Shown piece by piece: positions 26,320 to 39,085 of a stretch of 64,000 nt of DNA (position 1 is the stretch's first letter; each line of letters begins with the position of its first letter). Made by a program: the position numbers and the translations under genes. The notes beneath the pieces are model-generated. The model had not been told where the DNA came from and ran no database searches. It was given only the letters and a program-made list of their open reading frames with translations. Source of the stretch: the human T2T-CHM13v2.0 reference genome, Homo sapiens; assembly GCF_009914755.1 (NCBI RefSeq), contig NC_060926.1. One strand, 5' to 3'.

Positions 26320-27156
26320 CAATAGTCAAGATTTTCTATTAGGCCCAGAGTGAGACTGCATTTCCTTGCCCCTTGAAATTGGGCAGAGGCATGCGATTTT
26401 GTGTTACCAGTGGAGGGTGTCCAAGTTCTTGGTGTTTTAAACAAAGAACTGGACAAAATATGCAAACAAAGCAAGGAAAGAATGAAGCAACAAAAGCACA
26501 AATTTATTGAAAACGAAAAGTACACTCCTCACAGGGTGGGAGCCAGCTGAGCATAGGGGCTCAAGAGCCGGGTTACAGAATCTACTAGGGTCCAAATACC
26601 CCGTAGAGGTCTCCCACTGGCTGCTTGGTTTTCACCCCATGCAAATGAAGTGGTGGTCCACGATCAGTCTAATTGGTTGTGGAAAGCAACCAATCAGAGG
26701 CTGAAGTGAAGTTACAAAGGTTACACTTTTATGCAAACGTATGGTGGGGGGTGATTTGCAAAGGGAGTAGCCTCTGTTCCTCTTGTTACTTGGGTGTGGA
26801 AAGTTGGGGTTTTCCTTTCTATTTAGTTCTAGGAAGTCAGCATGAATCCACCTTAGGTTTTCTGCCTCCAGACCCTATTCTCCTGCCTTAAATGGAATGT
26901 GTCCAAAAATAATGTGTATTGCCTTGGAGGCTTTCTTCTCCCTACCATCGTGATCAGCAAATCTTCAGACAATGGAGAGTCCATCAGCTTGGCTCCAGAT
27001 TAAGAAAACCCAGAGCAGAGCCCCCAGCTGATGATAGTGGACATGTGTTGTGAGCAAGAAATAAAACTTTGTTGTTTTGAGCCACTAAGACTTGGTGTGT
27101 GTGTGGGAGGGGGTTCTTCTTATTGCAGCATAACCTAGCCTATCCTGACTGTCACA
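26320..27156 (+). mobile_element. MLT1I/J-like LTR split by a MER51 insertion
   Basis: tgcatttccttgcccc before the insert; gtgagcaagaaataaaactttgttgtt...gcagcataacctagcctatcctgact after. Confidence 0.75.
26402..26890 (-). mobile_element. MER51 (A/B) ERV1 LTR
   Basis: Reverse complement starts ..AGGCAGGAGAATAGGGTCTGGAGGCAG..CTGACTTCCTAGAACTAAAT; ends GGTAACA. Confidence 0.88.
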
Positions 27157-28191
27157 TTGTTGTTATTAATATTATCAATTATGGTTAGTTTAAGGCTGTC
27201 AGATACTGTTGCATATAGTGCAGTTTGGTAAAACACAAAATTTCTAACATTTAAATAAATAAGTTTTTCAAAGAGTGCTGTCCACAAAGAGTTTTTGTGA
27301 TTGTCTGCTGGTTATGGAGTTCACCAGTGGCAGTTTCATCTAAACAGAATTTTCTGTATATTTATAGGATACTGGTTCTGAGAGAAAATGTTGATTGGAA
27401 AAAAATCAAGAACACTTTTGCCTTCATCACAGACATATTTCAGGGATTTCTATTAGTGAATAATTTGTATGAGTATAGAACAGCTGAAAACTTGCCAGAA
27501 ATAGATACTAACAAACTAAAATTATTGTTTCCATGATTATTTTATCATCTCCAATACCCTGCAGCTAAACTCTCAATGATTTCTAACACCAGATAAAATT
27601 CAGCCAGTTCAAAGCAGGCTTATAAAGTAATAATCCCGTGAAGTTGAATCTATAGAAATAACAGACTGACCTGAAAGTATTTTTAGATGAGCATTTTTCG
27701 CTGGAGAAAATAATTACATATTGGAGAATGTAGATATAAATAAAAGTTATTTAATTTTTCCTGAACAAAGCCTCATCTAGCTGTTGGCATCTTTAATGCA
27801 ATAAGAATCACTAATTCAACCTCCACCCAATCTCTATGTTCTGAAAACATTCTGGCAGAAGTTTAACAATTGTCATTCTTTAATCTGGCAAAAATCTTCT
27901 CCTAAATGTGAAGTTCTGGCCAATAGAAGAAAACCCAAGAAAAGAAATTCTGTCTTTCTTCAATCCAGATGAATAGACAACAGGGAACCTCAATTAGAAA
28001 GAGGCTGCTAGGTTATCTCCAAAACATTTCTGTGAAAATCAAAGGAACTTGACAAGGATAGATCTGAACAGAGAAGGGAGCACTGGGTTAATGTCTTCAC
28101 TATTTATCCATGTCAAGTTACGTGAGTGAACATATGAACATCATACTTTGAACAGGCTTAGAAGCTAAGACAACTTCTTATTGTCACACAT

Positions 28192-28265
28192 CAATTCCAG
28201 TATAAAATAAACATTAATTTCAGTATAAAATAGTGGCACATTAATTCTGGTATAAAATAAAACAT
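28192..28265 (+). repeat. Degenerate 3-copy tandem repeat (aatt..gtataaaata)
   Basis: gtataaaata core occurs three times. Confidence 0.75.
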
Positions 28266-31200
28266 ATGTACACTGTTTTATAACACATCATTTTTCCTTT
28301 ATTTGGAATAGTCAAGGGACTCTTTTTTAGTTTCTCTTTTTCTACTCTTGTTTTTATGTCTATAAATCATTTGTCATGAAAAGCAGCTGTCCCCATAAAA
28401 TTCTTCTTTACTCCATCATAATCATGACTTGACCCAAAATATCTGTAGTGAACAGGCATATATAGTAATGTTAGTTATGAGGAACAAACATAAAATCAAT
28501 ATATAATAATCTCATTTAATTTAAAAATAAAAAATGCATAGGCCCATAAACCAGAGAAAAGAAATTGTCTAGCCTTGAACTACATCAAACATTGTTTACT
28601 ATTTTTCAATTTTTTCCTATAGAGAAATGGTTTTTTAAATGTTTCTGAGTCCCACTTTTTATACATATATTAGGTTTTTTTGAAGTTATCAAAATGTGCA
28701 CTAAACAGTGCCTTCATAGTCTTTCTGGTTGCAAAATTCTAAAACAAATGCACTGAATACGTAGCTTATAAACGAATAAGATAACTGGAAGTTAGTATAT
28801 GTTTGCTTTTTTTCAACCTTAAATAATCAATTCTCAACTGATCAGAAGACCAAAATGTATTCTTATTTAAAGCTAGTTAATTCACTTTTTCTGATTAATT
28901 TAAATAGAATCAAATCTTGTTCTATGCTTTATTATGAAGCAATGCTCTCATATTTTGTTTTTATTTTTATAATAAATTTTGTAAGGCGAATATTTTTTCT
29001 CTTGTAGTCAGTACATGTTATTTACATAATTAGTTCTTCCTTTTAAAATACCAGGACTTTCAGGGATTCAAGATAGAACATTCCATAACAATGTAAGTGA
29101 TAGAGATATAGCAAAAATTTAGGGTGGTGGATCTCAAACCATTTAGGGGTAAATGTATAAAAATCACTCAGAAGAGTTGTTGGTTTTGTTTTGCTGTTGG
29201 TGGTGGTGGTGTTTGTTTCAAACTACAATGTTCATCCCCACCTAAGATTCTGGAATATTTATGGTCTGGAAAAATTCCTCTGGTGATTCCCAGGTCCATT
29301 GCTTTAAGAATTCTTTTAATATAACATAGAAGTGTTTGTTTTTACTAACATTTGCATATTGAATTATCTTCTTTTTTCATCTAAAAATTATGGTGCAGCT
29401 AAAAAAACTCTAATTTAGAGAATTGATCCATCTAGTTCTTTGTAAGGACTTAACTGCATGGCTAGCTCTGCTTCTCTATCTATACAGACAAATATGCCTT
29501 CTTTGTCTTTCATCAAATTGCAAACATTTGCTTAGAGAACTGGGTCTGGTGAGTTGACACTACCAAACACGGTGCCTTGTAGCTAACTGGCTTTGCTATA
29601 GTCAGCCAGGATGAAACAGCAGCCAATGAACCAAGCCTAAAGCACAGAAAGGAAAACGGCGCTGTGAAAGAAAGAGAATAAAGCACTGGGCTTTGCAAAC
29701 TAGGCTAAGGCCCCAAACCACAAGATTATCTTGATGCATGTGATTGGGAAGGAGGACTAATTAGAAGAGAGGATGTCATTTTATTTTCTAACCAGCCCTC
29801 TCTGATCTGAAGCCATGACACCCCCTCACTTGTTACCTAGCAACCCTTCTTTGTATATGTAAGGTTACTTCATTCCTGCATTGTTATTCAATTTATTTGC
29901 CATTTTAAGTGTCTTGATCCTCTCTAGGATCACCCTGGTGTGATTGGCTGGCATTAGTCTCTAAAATACCGGAGGGCAGTCTATTAAGTGGATCCAAATG
30001 TCATTGTACAGCTCACTGTAATCTACAGATCTGTGCTAAACAAACGCTGTGGATTTCACCTTGGTCTTGATGATTTTACCAGAGCCCTCCCCCTACGCAG
30101 CCCCAACCAACCAGCCTCCGCCCAACCCAGAAAATGCTGTCATTGCTTTTATCTTGATTGAAAGAATATATGCAGGACTGGTTCCTTTAACTTAGTGGAA
30201 AAATGACTATCAATTTAAACATTAACTGATGCCCAATCTAACCACGAAGCTAAAAACAGAATTCACTTCAGCACATAGCAGAGTTTCTCAGAAAATCACC
30301 ACCCTACTAAACTTCACAATTTCACCTAAACCCTAGCAATATGTAAATAGGTAATCAGCCACATTTGGAAATGTATTTTTTAATCAGGTAGTTTAGATGC
30401 ATAATCACCTCCAAATCAAACTGCCATTAGAGGCCATTAACTCTTAAAGGAAGGAAACTCAGTTGGCAGTCAGAATTCTATCAGAGATAAAGAGATGCTG
30501 GCTCTACCTTTAATTCTTGTAAAATCCTGGGCTTGCACTTTTCTTCCATCTGCCCCTGTTTTTTTTTTCTCCTTAAAAGAGAATTGTGATTCTTTCCTAA
30601 TGCTAGATAAGAATTAGGAGGATCAACAAAACAATGAACACATAGCACTTGAGTTCTTAGAAAAGGGCTGTTGCCTCTTTATCGTTACTATTTTCCCCTC
30701 AGTCAGTCACTTCAGAATTTTGCCTAATGTGAAAACTCCAAACACCTTCAGAATACCAATCCTAGTACATTCTAATATACACTATCTATATACAAACTAA
30801 TATACATACTGATGATACAATTTACTGAAAGCAATTATACAGTATTATTCATTCTAAAATGACCCCCATTGCAAAAACCCACATCCATATTCATTGCAGT
30901 ACTCAAGTAATTCTAAAAGCTTCACTGCCATTCTTTTGGGGTTTTATACTGAAAAGGAATTTGCAAGCATGTGTTGTCTACCTCCCACTGTGTGAGTTGG
31001 GGGGATAATGGCAACAGGTGGACCTAAGTCCTGGGATATGAGACAGTGGGATGTATGGCCTGCCAAATTTAGATAGCTCAATTAAAACAGCCCCATTCAT
31101 CCATACCAAGAACAGAATGCGGAGAAGCTGGGGGAGGGAAGGAGGGAAAGCAAGCGCAGGTGACAGCAACTGTGGATTTTCTTCTCTGGGGTCATTAGCT

Positions 31201-32761
31201 ATGTTTATATTTCTATAGCATAACTGTGTTACAAGCTAGCATGGCTATTTTTGCCTCTGCCTCATCATTCAGTGCAAAAGGGCAGAGGTGAGTGCCTATA
31301 AATTCACACAGCTGCTGGCTAGGAGAAGGCATTTGGAAAATAATTCAGTAACATGGGCCTTTATTTCACTGAAGGAATTGTTCTTTGAGGAACATTCCCC
31401 CTAAACCATGAGAGCACTCAGGTTCCTGCAAAACCTTCCCAGGCTAAAGCAAAGCACAATTTCTAGTTCTTGTGCCAGCCGGAGATATGCAAAGATTTTT
31501 CTCAGCAGGAAGTCACTCACAGACATCACATGAATATTTAAACAATGGGAAGCCAGCAAAAAGATTCTTTCACGCTGCAGGATGATAGTGACTTCTGAAA
31601 TTATCACAATTATCATTCCATTATTGCAAAACAAATGACCTGATTTATTATGCTCTGCCTCTGCTCATATCTGGATCTCTTCCTGATATATTACACAACC
31701 AGTTACTTAGGCATTCTACACAAACAGCATTTGTATCGACTACTTCATTAATATTTTGATTATTATAAATCTCAGGGACTCAATCCACATCCTAGGCTAG
31801 AGTCATCTCTCCCCAGCCTCTCCCTCTGAAGAAGACGATGAGAGAATTTGAGAGTGGGATATGATGATATAGTCTACGGAATTCTGGGAAACGAGTTAGC
31901 TCATCACCTAAGTCTCCCTTCAGGGCAATATGCTCCTTGCTTACATCCCACAGCAGAAAAAATCAACAGTTCTTCAATCAGTGTAAAAAGAAGTTTACAT
32001 TCAAGAAATCTAGGCGGAAATGCTACTCTCAACAATTCCAGTGCTACATGTAACAGTCCATCTTTTAAAAAAAAAAGTTTTCTGGTTGTCTTTTCTGTGA
32101 GAAGTAAAGATGTGGAAAAAAAGTCACGGAGGAGTTATAACAGTTAAGTAATTAGTAAAGTAGCAAGACAATACTAAAAGCCCGTTGTTTTTGTTTTCAA
32201 TTATGTCCTCTTCTAAATCCTTCAGCTACCTTAGGCTGCTTTGTGCACCCTGTGTACCAACCTGTGACCCATCTGTAGGGGGAGCAAGTTTGTTTACCCT
32301 CTTAGCAAAATTCAGCAGAGTTGTCATATCCCACTGGTGACATGGTGGGACATGAGAGGAATTCTGGGACAAAAAGTCAAACAACACACTTGGCAAAAGC
32401 AGATTATGATAACATGCATGTTGTAATAAGACAACTAATGAGCCATGAGTCAAATTCCCACTTCAGCCACTGGAACATTATCACAGTTTAAAGTGCTTGA
32501 AAAAGAGTGTGTCAGTGATACACTAATGACTTTAAGTGGGCTCATGTGTCAGGCTGGAGGTTGAAAAGAAAACTGCAAACATTTTTCATGTGCTGTGAAA
32601 TGACAGCAAATGATTTGAAGCTTTACCTGTCCAGTAACAACTTTAATCAACTCTTTCCTCATCTGGGTCTAATTTTTGCTCAGAGGGCACAGATGGTGAT
32701 CTGCTCTCAAGGTGAATCTAAACTACATTGGTCCAGGTAAACTGCCAGTTAAACCTTTAGA

Positions 32762-32813
32762 GGAAGGAAGGAAGGAAGGAAGGAAGGAAGGAAGGAAGGA
32801 AGGAAGGAAGGAA
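32762..32813 (+). repeat. Perfect (GGAA)13 microsatellite
   Basis: Counted directly. Confidence 0.97.
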
Positions 32814-34489
32814 AGGCAGAATTAGCAGGATTCCAAAAGCAACTGACCTTGTGGAAACTTGTGAAACTTCCATTACAATAAATATTATTGAACATTATAT
32901 AGAATATTATACAAAAATGAGCAAGACACATTCCCAGTTCTCAAGGAGATGATAATATTGGAGAAATATAAAGAGCAAGAAGAATGAGGGTAATTCATTT
33001 GAAGGAGGTCACTATATACACTATATTCTACTATAATCTTCTTTGTTGATTGTTTATTGGAGAACTTCATTAGAACTATGTTCCCCAGACAAGAAGAAAG
33101 CAACTAAGAAGTAATTTCATTTTGTGATTTAGGGAGAAAAATCAGGCTACCATTCAAGAGCCATTTAGATAAAGATAAGAAACATAACTCTTAGCCCTAT
33201 TCCAACTTCAATCCCAGAAATGAACATAGGAGAAGAAGTAACCAGAGAATTGGGGAGATTTGACAACTTGGTATGTTCTTATCTTAGTAGGCCACAGGGA
33301 TTAGTATAGGATCCTAAGAAAGGGGTATTCCTAGTATAGTCATGAAAGGAGACTATCATGGATACAGTAAGAGCCTGGCTGGCCTGATCTAGAGGGAAAC
33401 ACAGTCTGCCACTTCCTTTACATCCTCTACATGGGAGGGAACATCCTTGTATCACACAAATGATGCTGAGAAATATTATTCAGCCACAGTTGCCTCCTCC
33501 ATTTAAACCAACATATTCTCCTTGGAGGAGTGATACTTAAGAGAAGTGTATTTATTTCCTTTTGCATTGGGAAAGGTGCACAAGAACTTGAGCAGACAAA
33601 AGACAAAACTGAATCTTCTGCAAAACAGCAATATTATTTGGTAAAATATCTTCTCCAGGGGTATTTTTCTAACCAGAATCAAAACCATTTTCAATGTTGT
33701 TTTTTACTATCAGTCCTTAATGATACATAGCTTAGAACTTTAAAGGAATTTAGCAACCAATCAGGGAACTAAAAAGAGAGAGAGACAGAGATAGAGAGGC
33801 AAGGAGAAAGACACAGAGAGAAAAGGAGAAGAAGAAAAGAAACAAAGACGGCATTGTATAAAGTGTACAAGTTTAAACCTTTGGAGAGAAGAATTCTGTT
33901 GCATTGCAAATACCTGGAAACATTGCTTTTTTTAATTGTGAAAATTCTCAGCATTCTACTATAATCTTCTATTGTTTAAATCAGACACATCCCTTACCAC
34001 AAAACAAGTTGTAATTGGCCTTTGGCATTACAAGTGGGGTAACACAAGGAGAAATTTTGGCAGACATCATTTAACATTCTCCCATTATACTTTCCAGGAT
34101 GTTAGTTTTATTTTCCTATTTCCTTGGATCCAAAAGGGCTTCTTTTTAATTAAGGGGTAAAGATGTTTTTCTGTGCATCTTTAATTCTTTCAGTCCACTT
34201 GCAAGTCAGTAATGATGCTAAAAAATATTTCTACCATTCTTAATCTAAGTCATAATGATTTAGCAACTGAAGAGATGACCCTCCGTTGGTCATCTCCAAG
34301 GTCTCCAGCCTCATAAACTCCAGCCTGAAAATGGCAATAACCCCAGATCTAAAGGCATGTTTTCAAAGAGCTTGCAAAATCTACAGCATGATAATCATGT
34401 AATCAGATATGTGCAAGATGCCAGTGTTTGTACTGATATGATATAATATAGATTAATTATTGCTCTTTACCTTACGTGTCTACTCCACT

Positions 34490-34658
34490 GATTTTGAACA
34501 TCCAGATAAGTATTTGAAGAAAAATACATGAATAAGAAGCCCTAGACCAACCCCAGTCCTAATGCATCAGAATTTCAGGGACTAGTGAGCACTGTGAAAT
34601 ATTTGAAAGCCCCACTAAGTGATTCTGATGCCCTATACAGGCTAAGAATCACAGGTCT
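34490..34658. mobile_element. MER5-like hAT fossil
   Basis: catcagaattt...gtgattctgatg...taagaatcac. Confidence 0.55.
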
Positions 34659-35399
34659 CCTCTGGCCTCAAGGAAGTAGATCTTCTACAATATGAGAAGC
34701 AAATGGACTTCCCATCTTTCCAAGGTTCCAAGTGGGGGCAGGGTTAAGTTCTCATGGCAAAATTATCATCCACACTTCCAAGGGAAGGCACAGCACAAGT
34801 GTTCTAAACAATTCTGAGATATCACTACAAAGAAGATCACCTAAACATTTTGTCCAGTTTTCTTTCATATTATCCTTTTAAATAGGTACACCCAATGCCC
34901 TCTCCAACCTTGACCATTCATATGACTCAATAGTTCACATCCACTTCAGGTACATCATCTATTTTACAGAGCAGTGCTTTGGGTAGACAATTTGTTCAAG
35001 AATTTCACCTTGCAGATAGGTTAACTGGTAGAGAGTAGAAGAATAGAAGAATATAAAACTGTCAAAAAGAATCACATTAAATTGATAAGTTCCCAGAACA
35101 GAAAGCCTATTGCACCCCTCACTATTTCCCAATCATATTAAAGAAAATTCAAGAAGAGAAATCTAGAAACAAAAGAATCGGATTCCCCAAATGTATGACC
35201 ACAAGGTGATAAAGAGGTATACCGAGATGTACTGTAAACAGATGAGAGAAGGGAAGTGATCCTACAAAAAACAAACAAACAAAACAAAACAAAAAACAAA
35301 CACTTTCTGACATCACCAATCCAGGGATATATCAATTCTCTAGTTACAAGTGACAACAGAATACAAAATATTTAAGACAAAGTAATCCACTTGCTTATT

Positions 35400-35648
35400 T
35401 AACAAGCATAGAAGACAGTCTTCTGTGTGCTGGGCACTGGGCTAAGCACTTGGCCAGTATTTCGTTTGACTAATGCTCAGAGAAAATCTATGAGATACTT
35501 ACTCTTATTATCCCCACTTTACAAATGATGAAAATGAGGCATATAAAAAAAATAAGAAACTTACCAAAGAGTATATAATTAGTAAGCAGCAGAGCAAAGA
35601 TGCGAATCAAGGCAGTCTGGCCCCAGAGTCCACGAAGTTAACCACTAA
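35400..35648 (-). mobile_element. MIR SINE
   Basis: ttattatccccactttacaaatgatgaaaatgaggc...gcagtctggccccagagtcc. Confidence 0.88.
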
Positions 35649-36451
35649 GGTCTGTGGTCTTTCAACTATGCCAAAAAGCTAGATGGTAGAGAAAGTGTAT
35701 CAGTGGCTCTCCCAGAAGCTCATTTAATTTTTCCCTCCACCAAGTTAGGACATTTTCTTACCTCCCTTTTATTCTGTCAAACTTATACATGTGACATTCC
35801 ATTTCCTCAGGGTCTTGATGTTTACTGGTTTATAGAATAAGCAGGTTCACACCAAGAAGTCAACAAATTAAAAACGGTTTAGCATGTTAGTTCCTAAATA
35901 TCATTGGTTTCCACTTAACCACCTGCTGTTAATGTTTAACTCAAAGCAGTAGTTACTATGGGCATTCTGGCCACTGATTTCCATGTGAGCACCTTTGGAG
36001 TAAAATCCGTATCTTGATCATATATGTATTTCCAGCACCCAGCAGAGTGCTTGGAATAGAACTCAATGATAATGTAAGTTTATTGGATTATAAAAATAGG
36101 TCAGGATGCTCTACACAAGGCTAGCTGGCCCACCTAATATAAGCCCTCATAGCTCCTTTGGATAGGTAGCCACATTTCGGCCATTTATAAGGAAGAGAGA
36201 GTGGATCTTGGGCCCTGAATGCCAAGAAAAGGCAAGTTTTGGTGAGGCAATACCCAGAGGAAAGGTCTTGATCACAGATCATTGCTTAAGTGTACCAAGT
36301 TGCAGGCCCAGGGCAAGATGAAATCTTGGCTCCCTAGGGAAACCTACAAGTTAAGAGGAAAAGCTTGCTAAAAGCAAAGAGGCATCTAAAATGGAAAAGT
36401 GGCTTTGCAGCTTCACAGACTCCCCTAGGGATATGTCTATAGAAAAATCTC

Positions 36452-36986
36452 CAGTAAGGCAGATTGTATTTTCCAAGATGGTACAACATGATCTCCCATT
36501 CCACATGTTCTTCTCGTAATATGACACTGATGCTCTTCCCATCAAAAAGTGAGCCTGTGTTTCCTCCCCTTAAATCTAGGCAGGCCTGAGACTACAATAA
36601 AAGTGAAACTGTGTAACTCCCAAGGCTAGGTCATAAGGGTGATACTACTTCTGTCTGGTGTATCTAGGACATTTACACTTGAAACCAGGCTGAGGAAGCC
36701 AAGCAGGGAAACAGAGATGCCACATATAGGTGTTCTGGCCCATATCCTTAGCCAAGGTCTCAGCTGACAGCTAGCTTCAACTACCAGCCATACAAACAAG
36801 GAAGCCTTCAGGATAACTCCAGTTCCAGCCACATTCTGACTCCAATTATATGAGACACTGTAAGAGAGAACCATCTAAATGGATCCAATCAACCCTCAGA
36901 ACAATGACAGACAATAAAATGCTTGTTATTGTCTTAGGTCATTAAATTTTGGGATGATTTGTTATGCAGCACTAGTAACTGAAACA
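36452..36986 (+). mobile_element. MLT1G/H-like MaLR LTR
   Basis: gcagattgtattttccaagatgg...caaggctaggtcataa...tttgttatgcagcactagtaactgaaaca. Confidence 0.85.
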
Positions 36987-38284
36987 GCCAGGAAACGGGC
37001 TCAGGAGCCACTGCCTGCAAACATGAGAATTAAAACCCAAAGAAAAGTTGGGCTTTGCCCATAAAGAGAGATAGCTACAGCACTCCAGAAACTGGGTAGG
37101 ATGGGCTGAGTCACAGCAGTCAGAAGTTCAGAAGCTGTAAAATCTCCCCTGAGAGCATGCTGAGCCTGCCCAGAGAGAAGCCACCTCACAGATGATTAGA
37201 ATGTAAGTGGATAACGAGCCATTTGAATTATCTGCTCTAGTTCAAACACATGCTGTTGCCAATATGCTGTGGCAGCCAGCTAACATCTGAGCATCTTTAA
37301 TTTAAATTGCATATACTTAACTTGAAATGGCATCTATACTCTGAAACTAAGAATTTACTGTACCATCATCAGATCACAGAAGAAATCATCTTTTTAGGAA
37401 TTTCCTAAATTTGCCTTTTTACTGTTCTCTAATATGGTAACAGCTTAATGCCTGATAACTCCCAAGTAAAATGTTTCAGAGTATGAGATATAACTCCTAT
37501 TCCAATCAGTTTGTTAATATACATGCTGTTTCCTGTCTACATATGTGAATGGAATGATTCTCAGCAGCTTGGGTCTCATTCCCTTATAAACACCAAAACC
37601 AAAATATGTAACCTTAAACAATAGACACATTCACAAAGCCAACATGTAACTTATCAAGCTCAATCAAAGACAACCCTTTCAAGGCAAAAATGCCAAAGGA
37701 GGCTGAAAGAAAACAAGGTTGTGATCGAAATTCAAGACTATATCCAAAATAAAAATAATAAAATTTTAATTAGCATCTGTGGAGTTCAAAATCTAGGCTC
37801 AGGATAAAAACAAAAAGCAAATCTACCCAAAAAGTATATTAGACCTATTCACCCTGCATCCTCTGTTTAAAAACAGATGGGGAGATTGTCATATGCGACT
37901 TATTTTCAGCCCTCATCCCACTTGGCCCTTACCATATTTAACATTCCTGACCATCGAACATCCACCTCCCCAAAACTTCCTTTTCCCTTGGGTTTTACAG
38001 TATTCCATTCCACTTCTTTTCCTGCCTTCTAGGAGGCAATTGTCCTGTTTTACTAATGGAACCAAGCCACACTTACTTTATGTGTCCAATTCTTGAGTAT
38101 GCTTCATAGATATCAGAGGTCCCAGAACTGGTCCACAAATGGCTCTGTCTATGGGATACCAGTCCAGAGATTCTAGCCCAGAAGGCTCTTATGGTCACCT
38201 GTTTGAGGGGAATGGGGTCAGCAAATGAATTTTGAGGCCAGCCCTATGACCAGTTAGCAGGCTAGTAGGACAAGCCATTCTCCT

Positions 38285-38723
38285 GTGTGTCCTACTATTC
38301 TAGATAGCTTCACTTTACTTGTCCTAAAACAGACTCCATCTTTCTCCACCCAGCTCTCTGTCCTGGGAGACCTGCATGGACAGCATCATGACCACCCTCT
38401 AGCTGACTGGGTTTCGCTAATGAGACACCTGGTAGGACAACAGAGAGACAGAAGACAAAGAGGTTGGAATATTTATCCCCTTGGCTCCTCCTTGTGGTGT
38501 CACCTCTCTCTGCCACCTTCATTCCTTAACCAAGTATCATAATTTCTCTCATGACAGCATTCTCCAGGGGCTGTCCTGTAGAGTTCCAGACCCCCATGTT
38601 TCCAGCCCCAGCTCACATCACTAACTTGCTTCTACCCTGAACATAGTTTCTTCATTAAACCCTCCTCAAATGATCTCAGTTTTAGTATGCCATCTGTTTT
38701 CTGCTGGAACCCTGAATGAAACA
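38285..38723 (+). mobile_element. LTR33-like ERVL LTR
   Basis: 3' end ttcattaaaccctcctcaaat...tgccatctgttttctgctggaaccctga. Confidence 0.7.
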
Positions 38724-38769
38724 CCTGCTGTTTAGTAGCATTGTCTTTTCTTTTTAAAAAAATCTGTAA

Positions 38770-39085
38770 AATTAACTAAAAACCATTTATGATAAATGTA
38801 ATAAAACTATGCTGTGAAAAAGGAAACCAAAAGTATCCATAATACAATCACACTATTAGAATGTTGATATATTGCTTTGCAGTATTTCTGATGCATACTT
38901 AACATAGTTGTGATTAAAGCATTTATAAAATTTCACATCTTACTTTTTTCATTTAACATTACAAAATAAGCATTTTCCATTTTGCTAAATAATCTTTATA
39001 AATATCACGTTTAAAAGTTGCATAATATTCTATTAAGTGGATGTGGTACAATTTGCTTGATTTCTCTCATATTATTGAACACTTG
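38770..39085 (-). mobile_element. L1M fragment
   Basis: ttttttcatttaacatt...gttgcataatattctatt typical of antisense L1M 3' region. Confidence 0.6.
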
